Shown in pieces: positions 18,056 through 25,928 of a stretch of DNA of 64,000 nucleotides. Each line of letters starts with the position of its first letter. Within the stretch, counting starts at the first letter, position 1. Source of the DNA: an uncultured bacterium (GTDB lineage Bacteria; Patescibacteriota; Minisyncoccia; UBA6257; GWB1-50-10); contig CAIKKG010000005.1 of NCBI GenBank assembly GCA_903827975.1, positions 372-64,371 of the forward strand, in the 5' to 3' direction. Under the pieces are notes generated by a model, which worked only from the letters and a program-made list of their open reading frames with translations, searched no databases and was not told where the DNA came from. The translations under genes were made by a program, and so were the position numbers.

Positions 18056-20809
18056 CTAACGGTCATCTTTAACAGAGCTCCGAATTCTGTATAGGTCTAG
18101 TAAAGATTTCTTAATGCTTTCTTTCAAATTAAGAAGATTGATCGGGGTTAAGACAGCAACGTCCAAGGCATCACGATCAGTCTTTGTAAGCTCATCTTCA
18201 AGATTAAAAATACCCCTTCGTTTAATAGCATTAAACTTGTCGAGAATGTCCTTTTTTTGATCCTCGCTATATAGCGATGGATTGAGAATAAATAAATCCT
18301 TCTCTAGTTTGTCCTTACTAAGATCAAGAGCTCCCTCACCTCTGCCTGTGCCTAAAGCCTCAATGTAAAAAAGACCGAGAGTGCTATTCAGTAAGGCGTG
18401 ACAGAGCTCAACATCAGTGCTTAGATCTTTGCGCGTAAAACGAACTAGTCGTTGATTTACGAAGGTTGGTTCTGCAAACTTAGCGAAGAACAATCTATCG
18501 CCAAAGTTAATACTCGTGACAATTTCAGCCATTGTAGTGGGTGTCATTGTGTACCACTCTATATTTGGTCTTCGAAGTGCTAAAGGAAGGGCAATGCCCG
18601 TGCCGTTAGTTTTAGACTCAAAACTCTTTATCCAATTTATAGCCCCACTTTTACCAGCTCTTTCTAGCTCATCAATAGATTCAGTACAACAAAACGCCAC
18701 AGCGTCTGGTTCAGCAGTCAGGTTGGTTATGGATCGAGGGGTTCTTAAAACTGGCTTTAAAAATTCTGGCTCAATCGAGTGTGTTCCTTCGGGATAAAAC
18801 ATATCATCCCAGCCTCTGCGTTCTCCTCTTGCTATCTCAAATAGAGTGGAAGCTTTTACAAGGAACGGCTCGAGAGCAGTGATCCAATTATTATCAGTAA
18901 ATAAACTATTTAAATTTAAGCCAAATTTTTTGAGTGCAGTAATATCGGAATTAGAATACGTATTGATATGAATATCATTTTCATCAACCGCCTCTTTTAG
19001 TGAGACCAGAGCGGTAAGTTCACTCATATCTTGATCGCTTATGTGCTTAAGTGGTCGTTTGGTTACAACAAATTTAGTTTTTAGAGCCTCGTCTTTAGCG
19101 GGCGTTGACTTCTTCTTCAGGATCACGATATTTGTAACGACTTTGGCGTTATCAAACCATCTTCCACTGCCTGAAGTAATCACTGACTCGATGTGATAAA
19201 AAGCACTAAGATTTTCAAAGAAGCCTTCTCCCCATTTCGTTCCAAGCCACGAGTTTGAAATTATGAACGCCAAAGTCCCTTCATTCCTAAGAAGTTTCCA
19301 GAAATAAAATGGTAAATATGCATACAAATCACTCCTGCCATCTAGTGCAGTATTTGAACCTAAGGTAGCTTCTATAAAATCATTGATGCTTGGAGCTTCT
19401 GGATTTAGAACCTCCATATCCTCTTGTTGCACAAATGGTAAATTTGAAATAATGCAATCGAATTCAGGTATCTTTACCTTAAGCAAACTCCCATTGTAAG
19501 GATCGCGTAAATCAATTTCTTTACCGACTTGAATTTTTGTCGCGTCTTCTTTAAAAACCTGCAAGACTTTTCCCATTGCTTCGGGATCAAGCATATTAAA
19601 CATTGCCATCTGCAATGGAAGAGAAAACTTGTCACTTGCCCAAGTTGTTTTTAAGGCATCCTCAACACCCAAAACAGCTTTCTTTTGCACGAGAATCTCC
19701 CTTGCGATTGTTCCACTTCCACAACAAGGATCGATAGCTATCGCATTTTTATTCTTCATCGCAAGACCCACAATGAACTTTGCTAACTCATTTGGGGTTG
19801 TAAACTGTCCTGCAAACTTTCTTTTGTTTCTATATACGGTGTGACCGATTAGATCGTGCAAGAGAGTTTTTTCAATATTCTGGAAGTTCAGTGCCTTCAG
19901 AAAACCATTGAAATCAATCATATCCGCCCAAACTTCTGCGGAGATATATTTTTCGGTTGGCTGTGTTTGAAATATATTCCAAAAATCCACCTTCTGACTA
20001 ATGTCTTGAAAGACCTGCAACCCATCTTGCAAGGAAGTTGTTGAGTCTATTTGGTCAATTTTATTTGCGTCGGATTGGTAAGATTTTAAAATATGAGCAA
20101 AAAGAAATTTGTTTATGAGATAGATTAAGTTCATCCTTGAAAGAACGACAAACTTGTCGGTTTCTTCTGGGTGATCGTTCTTGGCATATCTCCACCACAG
20201 ATTTACCTCTGCTTCGATATCAGAATCCTTCACGGATTCATTTTTTAGATTCTCTATATAGCTTCCAATATTCCTATCAATCAACTTTGAGACTTGTTCG
20301 CTATTTAAAACACTAACTACAGACGTGGCTTTTATTTGTCCGCTTTGGATATAATCGTTTAAATCATTAAGTATTTTATGCAACTCAATCTTGATCTCAT
20401 CAGCTTTTTGCTCAACCTCATCTCGAACGTGAATGTGTGATAGCCCATCCCAAATCTTAACTTTTTCAAGAGATCCATCTTCATTAATTTTGTATAGAAC
20501 AGCAACTGAAACATTCCAAAGCAAGAAGCTGTTGAGAGAAAGTAGATCTGCCTTCTTTTTTGCATTAAGAATAAACTCTTGATCGTTGATATCCGTATCA
20601 GGCATCTTTAACTCCCAGCCTTGTACAATTCTTCCCTTTATTTCATCACCAAAAAGCAATACGTCAGGAAAAAGTGACTTCTTGTTTTCCTTCAACGTGT
20701 TTTCACCGCCCGCACGTTTTATTGAGGTGTTTTTAGTTGAAGCCCAGAGATTAATCTCGCTAATTAGATCTATTGCCCAACTTCTCTCATTGTAATTAAT
20801 TGTTGGCAT
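18056..20809 (-). CDS. Type IIG (MmeI-like) restriction-modification enzyme: N-terminal PD-ExK nuclease + gamma-class N6-adenine methyltransferase + C-terminal target-recognition region
   Basis: 917 aa (MmeI is ~919); N-terminal FPDVLLFGDE...GWELK (PD...ExK); motif X/I FTTPNELAKFIV...IDPCCGSGTIAREI; motif IV IISNLPFVQ (non-canonical NLPF). Confidence 0.65.
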   Translation of the reverse strand: MPTINYNERSWAIDLISEINLWASTKNTSIKRAGGENTLKENKKSLFPDVLLFGDEIKGRIVQGWELKMPDTDINDQEFILNAKKKADLLSLNSFLLWNVSVAVLYKINEDGSLEKVKIWDGLSHIHVRDEVEQKADEIKIELHKILNDLNDYIQSGQIKATSVVSVLNSEQVSKLIDRNIGSYIENLKNESVKDSDIEAEVNLWWRYAKNDHPEETDKFVVLSRMNLIYLINKFLFAHILKSYQSDANKIDQIDSTTSLQDGLQVFQDISQKVDFWNIFQTQPTEKYISAEVWADMIDFNGFLKALNFQNIEKTLLHDLIGHTVYRNKRKFAGQFTTPNELAKFIVGLAMKNKNAIAIDPCCGSGTIAREILVQKKAVLGVEDALKTTWASDKFSLPLQMAMFNMLDPEAMGKVLQVFKEDATKIQVGKEIDLRDPYNGSLLKVKIPEFDCIISNLPFVQQEDMEVLNPEAPSINDFIEATLGSNTALDGRSDLYAYLPFYFWKLLRNEGTLAFIISNSWLGTKWGEGFFENLSAFYHIESVITSGSGRWFDNAKVVTNIVILKKKSTPAKDEALKTKFVVTKRPLKHISDQDMSELTALVSLKEAVDENDIHINTYSNSDITALKKFGLNLNSLFTDNNWITALEPFLVKASTLFEIARGERRGWDDMFYPEGTHSIEPEFLKPVLRTPRSITNLTAEPDAVAFCCTESIDELERAGKSGAINWIKSFESKTNGTGIALPLALRRPNIEWYTMTPTTMAEIVTSINFGDRLFFAKFAEPTFVNQRLVRFTRKDLSTDVELCHALLNSTLGLFYIEALGTGRGEGALDLSKDKLEKDLFILNPSLYSEDQKKDILDKFNAIKRRGIFNLEDELTKTDRDALDVAVLTPINLLNLKESIKKSLLDLYRIRSSVKDDR

Positions 20810-21626
20810 ATGTTTTGATTTTCAACTTCGGATTTACTTCCTTGATGCGTTTTTCAGTAATAGAGATCAAATCTACTTTCTTTTTTTGATGCAGATCGGT
20901 CTCTTTATTTAGCTCTATTCCTACAAACTTTCTATCCTCCAAAGCAGCAGAGACCAAGAAACTTCCACTCCCAGAAGTATTATCTAGCACCAACTCACCT
21001 TTATTTGTGTATGTCCTGATCAAATACTGACCCAATTCAACTGGCTTTTGCGTAGGATGGTACACCTCACCTTCGCTTTCTGCTGTCTTAAAGTAAATAA
21101 CATCACTAGGGTAGCGCTTACCGTCACTTTTAACTTCTTGCGAGTTAAAATCACCATAACTGCCAGTAAGCTGGTTTTTCCTAAAGCCTTTGTTATACGG
21201 CTCACCCTCTGACATTTGAGGGTTGTAAGTAGGTTGGTATATTTTGTTTCTATAAAAAATACAAACATCCTCGTGTTTTCGTAGAGGCTGCTTTTTTGCA
21301 TTTAAGAAATTAGTCGCCTTGGATTTTACCCAAGAAAGTTTGTACTTAAATAGTGTTGTATTGCTCATAATAAGTTGAGCCGTAAAAACACCTTGTGAAG
21401 TAAGAGCGATGACGCCATTAGGCTTTATTATTCGTTCGTACTCCTTCCAAAGTTCTTCAAGGGGTATTATGCTGTCCCATTTGTTTTGGGTTGTACCGTA
21501 AGGCAAATCACACAAAATCATATCCACACTCTTATCTGGAAAGCGTGACATCACGCTCAAACAATCACCCTCAAATAGGCTGTTCTCTATTTGTTTTTTT
21601 GTAAGCTTTTTAGTTGGCATAATCAT
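20796..21626 (-). CDS. beta-class DNA methyltransferase (N6-adenine or N4-cytosine)
   Basis: motif IV DLPYGT precedes motif I NTSGSGSF (IV-then-I order means beta class); 276 aa. Confidence 0.8.
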   Translation of the reverse strand: MIMPTKKLTKKQIENSLFEGDCLSVMSRFPDKSVDMILCDLPYGTTQNKWDSIIPLEELWKEYERIIKPNGVIALTSQGVFTAQLIMSNTTLFKYKLSWVKSKATNFLNAKKQPLRKHEDVCIFYRNKIYQPTYNPQMSEGEPYNKGFRKNQLTGSYGDFNSQEVKSDGKRYPSDVIYFKTAESEGEVYHPTQKPVELGQYLIRTYTNKGELVLDNTSGSGSFLVSAALEDRKFVGIELNKETDLHQKKKVDLISITEKRIKEVNPKLKIKTYANN

Positions 21627-21796
21627 TTGATTGTTGTCTTTTTGAGAAAAATCTCAAACTCACTCTTGCCAATCCTGAACTCTTTTCCTATTTTATGAGC
21701 TCTAATTTTGTGGGCTTTGATGTAGCGATAAATGGTCATTATATTGACCTGCAACTTGTCCGCTAAATCTTGAGCTGTATAAAATTCTTTATTCAT
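21623..21796 (-). CDS. excisionase-family HTH DNA-binding protein (57 aa), possible R-M controller or Xis; not in the ORF track
   Basis: own translation MNKEFYTAQDLADKLQVNIMTIYRYIKAHKIRAHKIGKEFRIGKSEFEIFLKK matches the excisionase/MerR-type HTH pattern; ATGA overlaps with both neighbours. Confidence 0.5.
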   Translation of the reverse strand: MNKEFYTAQDLADKLQVNIMTIYRYIKAHKIRAHKIGKEFRIGKSEFEIFLKKTTIK

Positions 21797-22557
21797 ATTC
21801 TCTTGAGCTGTTCCATAACTCTACCCGCTAAATCCCTCTTATCAATCATAAATGCGTCCCACTTATTACTATCCTTCTTTTGCTTTCCAGAAACAAAACC
21901 GAGTAAGTCGTTTTTGTCTTTGTGCGCCATACGAATGAAGTCTGGAGCTGGCACAAACCAGACATAGTCGTGGACATCGCCCTTAGACGTGTCGAACAGA
22001 CAAAAAACAAAAGCCATTGAATAATTGTCTACTGCGCTTCGCTGTTTAACCGTTGCAACAAACGGACGACTAAAGTCTTCGCTAAAATTACTTTTAATCT
22101 GTATGTAAATAGATTTTAGACTCCCTTTTTCTTTTACAATGAGATCTATACCTTCGTCATCAGAGAGGGGGCGGTAGCACGAAAGATTAGTGCCATAGAG
22201 CAGGACTAGTTCCGAGACACGCGCTTCAACAATGTTTCCTTTTTGCACAGACATCAAAGTGTCTGAAACTTTATATTCTTTTTCTTCGTGCTCTTCGCTA
22301 AGTTCCTCCTCTTGCTTTATTGTCTTTATTGTCTCGTTTAGTGCAAAAGTACTTGGAGCTGTTTTAATAAAAAGTGAACCTGATCCTTTTTTATTTACAT
22401 CCACTACAAGTTGGGCGTTCATTGTAGCCGCAGGAGTTTTGCCAGCAGTTTTAAGCCAACCACGCTTTAGGGCAATTTTTGTAATCTCCTCGTAGTGGAG
22501 TGGTTTATCAGCTTCTTTGAGGATTTCATAGGCAACGCCCTTAAACGTGTTTACCAT
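21793..22557 (-). CDS. HARE-HTH domain fused to a PD-(D/E)xK restriction-endonuclease-like domain
   Basis: N-terminus FKGVAYEILKEADKPLHYEEITKIALKRGWLKTAGKTPAATMNAQL = HARE-HTH pattern; C-terminus DDEGIDLIVKEK...IQIK nuclease-like. Confidence 0.5.
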   Translation of the reverse strand: MVNTFKGVAYEILKEADKPLHYEEITKIALKRGWLKTAGKTPAATMNAQLVVDVNKKGSGSLFIKTAPSTFALNETIKTIKQEEELSEEHEEKEYKVSDTLMSVQKGNIVEARVSELVLLYGTNLSCYRPLSDDEGIDLIVKEKGSLKSIYIQIKSNFSEDFSRPFVATVKQRSAVDNYSMAFVFCLFDTSKGDVHDYVWFVPAPDFIRMAHKDKNDLLGFVSGKQKKDSNKWDAFMIDKRDLAGRVMEQLKRI

Positions 22558-22619
22558 AGATTTAATTATACTTTACAATGCTTTACACAACAATTAGATA
22601 TGTGGATAATGATTGATAT

Positions 22620-23435
22620 ATGGCACTTATAGCATCAAGAATATTGAGTGATCGGCTAGATTTTGAAACTCATCTCAAATACGCTTCTCGACTCGCCAAG
22701 CTTACAACAGGACTTTCTGTTACTTGTTCTATAAAACCTCTCTTAGTCAAATCAAAAATTACAAATCTTCAAAATAAATCAAAACTGATTGAGCTTACAA
22801 AAAAATCAATAAAGGATGAGCACGAGATAGTTCAGTTTGATAAGGAGTATTCCACTGCTTCGGTATTATGGTTACCCATTAAAACTTATTACTTAACCTA
22901 CCACCTGCTCTGCACAATCGAGTACCTTTTGGGTGGGAATGAGGGATCTTTGTCAGAAAAGCATTACAAGTGTATGGATATTTTCACAAAAAGGCTCTCG
23001 GATGGAACTTTAAAATTCAGTGAACCATTACTAAATAGTGTTTTTGATAAATCAATTCTAAATTTTCGAACAACATCAGGTGAACACCTAAGAACAGGTG
23101 TTTCGGATGAGATTATCTACAAATTGCTAATGAAAAAAGTTGCCAACGACAAGATAGAGAATTTTAAGGTCGCCAATGGCATACCAGACGTGAGAAGCCT
23201 TAAGAATAAGGAACGAGTGGAGAAATTTAAAAACTCTTTAACAGTATCCGTGTTCGACTTTTTTCACCTGATGCGACTAAGAATGAATTACCGAAACTTT
23301 GATTTTGTTGATTCTGTAACGTCATCGAATACAAAGGCGTATTTTGAGGAGTATTACAAAGCGTCAGGTTATTTCTATACAGCCCTCAATAACCTAAAAA
23401 ACAAGATAATAACTGACATTTCAGTTGGAAGCTGA
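22620..23435 (+). CDS. hypothetical protein (Lys-rich, helical; candidate abortive-infection/defence accessory)
   Basis: 271-aa ORF divergent from the R-M operon; N-terminal R-x5-H (RLDFETH); no confident family assignment. Confidence 0.35.
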   Translation: MALIASRILSDRLDFETHLKYASRLAKLTTGLSVTCSIKPLLVKSKITNLQNKSKLIELTKKSIKDEHEIVQFDKEYSTASVLWLPIKTYYLTYHLLCTIEYLLGGNEGSLSEKHYKCMDIFTKRLSDGTLKFSEPLLNSVFDKSILNFRTTSGEHLRTGVSDEIIYKLLMKKVANDKIENFKVANGIPDVRSLKNKERVEKFKNSLTVSVFDFFHLMRLRMNYRNFDFVDSVTSSNTKAYFEEYYKASGYFYTALNNLKNKIITDISVGS

Positions 23436-23939
23436 ATGTTCTAATTCGGTATACTTTTTCGCAAAATTACCCATCGCTCTTTTGATAAGTGCTATCTGTT
23501 CTGGGTCAATACTGTGTCTGTCTGATACTTCACCTGTGTGATGCACCTGCGCCCGTGTTGAGAACTCTAGGGGACGCTTACGTTCAAGATACTTTAAAGC
23601 AAGGTCAGCATCGTGCTCTGCCGCGGCTACAACACGTTTACGTAGGACAAAAGAGACTGCGTGCCGTAACTGATCAATTCTGTCCGAAAAGTCGGAGTTT
23701 TGCTTACAGAAATCGTAGTACGTATTTCTTGAAATGCCCGCGTAAAGACAGGACTCTTCAACCGTACAGTCATATACAAAAGCGTGTTCTAGTTTTCGGA
23801 CAACCTCCTGCGTCATTACAGTAGGTCTTCCTGTCCTACCGTGTTTCGGGGCAATCTTGCCCTTAAGCACATAGGCATTGCGCTTGGCGTACTGCTCAAC
23901 CTCACTTACTTTTGGAAATATTATCTTTTTTCTCGTCAT
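23421..23939 (-). CDS. phage terminase small subunit-like (HTH) protein
   Basis: GRPTVMTQEVVRKLEHAF...GISRNTYYDFCKQNSDF matches the TerS GRPTKYT...GIS..T.Y.W pattern. Confidence 0.5.
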   Translation of the reverse strand: MTRKKIIFPKVSEVEQYAKRNAYVLKGKIAPKHGRTGRPTVMTQEVVRKLEHAFVYDCTVEESCLYAGISRNTYYDFCKQNSDFSDRIDQLRHAVSFVLRKRVVAAAEHDADLALKYLERKRPLEFSTRAQVHHTGEVSDRHSIDPEQIALIKRAMGNFAKKYTELEHSASN

Positions 23940-24034
23940 ATAAAATTAGTTCGCCAAAGCCAACAACCTACCTATGGTTGCCACGTGATAGTCAGGATTA
24001 GGGTAGATACTGACCCAATCCATAGTTCGAAAAG

Positions 24035-24146
24035 CGTCCCTCCACGCGAGCTAATGAAAATTAAAACGGCATAAATGCCGTTTTAGTTTTTATCTCGGGT
24101 AGTATTCGAACCGAAGGTGCCCAAAAACAAAGAGCTGAGCGATTAT
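24035..24146 (+). repeat. ~110-bp repeat, copy A (inside island, next to attR); contains hairpin aaaacggcat..atgccgtttt and an inverted tRNA-Asn 3'-like segment ctcgggtagtattcgaacc
   Basis: near-identical to 25006..25140. Confidence 0.65.
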
Positions 24147-24180
24147 GTTTTTGGCGCATCTCGACCGAAGAGAGAGGCGA

Positions 24181-24198
24181 AATCCTACCCGGGGAGCA
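24181..24198 (+). repeat. attR core: exact copy of tRNA-Asn 3' 18 nt
   Basis: aatcctacccggggagca. Confidence 0.65.
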
Positions 24199-24261
24199 AA
24201 ATTTTAAACCATATTTTATAATGGTTATTTTTTGGAGGTTAGTAGAAGCTCGAACCTAGTA

Positions 24262-24267
24262 TATAAT
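24262..24267 (+). promoter_or_regulatory. -10 hexamer TATAAT 7 nt upstream of ATG 24275 (leaderless start)
   Basis: spacing -10 to ATG = 7 nt, no SD. Confidence 0.4.
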
Positions 24268-24274
24268 ACATGGT

Positions 24275-24967
24275 ATGACAAAAAATAATAAAATAATTTA
24301 TTTGATAATTGTAATTGCGATATTTGCATTTACTTTTTTAATTTGGAGAACTGGAGTTTTTAATAATTATCTTCCATTTTTTCTTACTACTGACGGTTGG
24401 AATAAAAATGAACGTGAAATAAATAAACTAAATAATAATTTAGAACCCTCAAGAGAACCTTATCCAGATTGTAAATGGAAAAAAGTAATTGGTGCTGGTC
24501 TCGAAATTTGGGGTCAATCTTGTGATTATGGAGATAAAAAATTAGAAGTTAATGCAAGTGAGACATTGCCAGGAATGTTTTTGGAAGATGTTACCAAAGG
24601 AAGCCCTGTTGCAATAGAACAATTAATTCAAATTTTTAATTTAGAAAATAAATCTATTGATAGTGTCATTCCATTATTATCTGATAGTAAAGATTGGAAA
24701 GTTACAGATAAATGTATTTTTACAAAAGTTTCTATTAATCGAAGTGACGTCGCTAGGTATACATTAATGCCAACAGGGGCTGCTTTAAAAAAATTCGAGA
24801 GTGACGGTAAGAATGAACCCATAACAAGTACTTGTGCGGGATACGGTATGGGTAACAGTGGGGTTCAGTATTTTGAAATATATAATTCAAACCCTAATAA
24901 AGTTTTATTTATAAATGCTGGACAAGAACTACCTATGTTTGATGAAAATACTATTGTTGTTAAATAA
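24275..24967 (+). CDS. hypothetical membrane-anchored/secreted protein, very AT-rich (likely acquired cargo)
   Basis: N-terminal TM IIYLIIVIAIFAFTFLIW; flanked by repeats A and B. Confidence 0.45.
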   Translation: MTKNNKIIYLIIVIAIFAFTFLIWRTGVFNNYLPFFLTTDGWNKNEREINKLNNNLEPSREPYPDCKWKKVIGAGLEIWGQSCDYGDKKLEVNASETLPGMFLEDVTKGSPVAIEQLIQIFNLENKSIDSVIPLLSDSKDWKVTDKCIFTKVSINRSDVARYTLMPTGAALKKFESDGKNEPITSTCAGYGMGNSGVQYFEIYNSNPNKVLFINAGQELPMFDENTIVVK

Positions 24968-25005
24968 TTATGTACTATTGTTCTTCAACAATACTTTTCC
25001 GAACA

Positions 25006-25140
25006 TCGTCCCACTTGCGGAGCTAATGAAAATTAAAACGGCATTTACGCCGTTTTAATTTTTATCTCGGGTAGTATTCGAACCTTTTACAGTAGTACTT
25101 GAAGATTGGGTGAATTGTACCAATAGAGCTGAGTGATATA
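25006..25140 (+). repeat. ~110-bp repeat, copy B (outside island)
   Basis: shares agctaatgaaaattaaaacggcat and tttttatctcgggtagtattcgaacc blocks and the downstream agagctgag[c/t]gat block with copy A. Confidence 0.65.
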
Positions 25141-25142
25141 CT
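25134..25142 (+). promoter_or_regulatory. extended -10 TGATATACT 6 nt upstream of ATG 25149 (leaderless)
   Basis: TGn + TATACT; no SD. Confidence 0.4.
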
Positions 25143-25148
25143 CATATC

Positions 25149-25361
25149 ATGCAAAAGATAGCCACAAATGTATTTATCTACTCATCAATTGTTTTTGGTA
25201 TTGTTGGAGTTTTAATGATTTTGACACTGCCTGATGGTGGTGATGCCGCGAAATCGGGCCTGAACCTAATACTATCAAGACTTCTATCTGCAACAGTTTT
25301 TGTTATTTTACCGTCATTTGCGCTTAGTATTGCTGGTAAGTACCTGGGTGATAAATCATAG
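25149..25361 (+). CDS. small membrane protein (2 TM)
   Basis: 70 aa, two hydrophobic helices; leaderless promoter context. Confidence 0.4.
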   Translation: MQKIATNVFIYSSIVFGIVGVLMILTLPDGGDAAKSGLNLILSRLLSATVFVILPSFALSIAGKYLGDKS

Positions 25362-25469
25362 TTTTGTGAAGGTATATTGAGGAGGGGGTAATAATGAAAT
25401 AAAGTGCGTGTTTCTATTGTATTAGTAGTAGAAAGGTCGTAAGTACGATTAATCAATAAAAATACAATT

Positions 25470-25856
25470 ATGAACAATACAAAAAAAGCACTTATTATTT
25501 CAGCGTTTGCAGTGGTTGCAGTTGTCGGTTTTTCATCAGTAAGTTCAGCTCTTGCTTATAAGGGAAATTATTCAGTAAAAGGGCCTCAATATACAGCAGA
25601 GCGACATGATGCAATGGAGAAGGCATTTGAGAATAATGACTACACAGCATGGAAAAACTTAATGCAGGGCAGTGGTAGAGTAAGTGATGTCATTAATAAA
25701 GATAATTTTGCACAATTTGCAAAAGCCCATGAGTTGGCAGAACGTGGAGATGTTGCTGGAGCGAATGCTATTCGCACATCACTAGGACTCGGAATAGGTA
25801 ATGGTGGGTGTGGTATGAGCGGAAGGACTGGTGGACGCGGTCAGGCTGGACGATAA
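25470..25856 (+). CDS. small secreted protein with Gly/Arg/Met-rich C-terminal tail
   Basis: signal peptide; C-terminus GLGIGNGGCGMSGRTGGRGQAGR. Confidence 0.45.
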   Translation: MNNTKKALIISAFAVVAVVGFSSVSSALAYKGNYSVKGPQYTAERHDAMEKAFENNDYTAWKNLMQGSGRVSDVINKDNFAQFAKAHELAERGDVAGANAIRTSLGLGIGNGGCGMSGRTGGRGQAGR

Positions 25857-25928
25857 TACATATTATTCCCTCATTTGAATTACAGATGAGGGAATAATAT
25901 CTTAGAAAATAAAATTTAATCACCACAA

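Larger units (their letters stand above)
14754..24198. mobile_element. integrated genomic island (~9.4 kb) at tRNA-Asn carrying a serine recombinase, two restriction-modification systems, regulators and a TerS-like gene
   Basis: flanking 18-bp direct repeats of the tRNA 3' end; recombinase adjacent to attL; cargo all on the minus strand, in contrast with plus-strand housekeeping on both sides. Confidence 0.55.
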
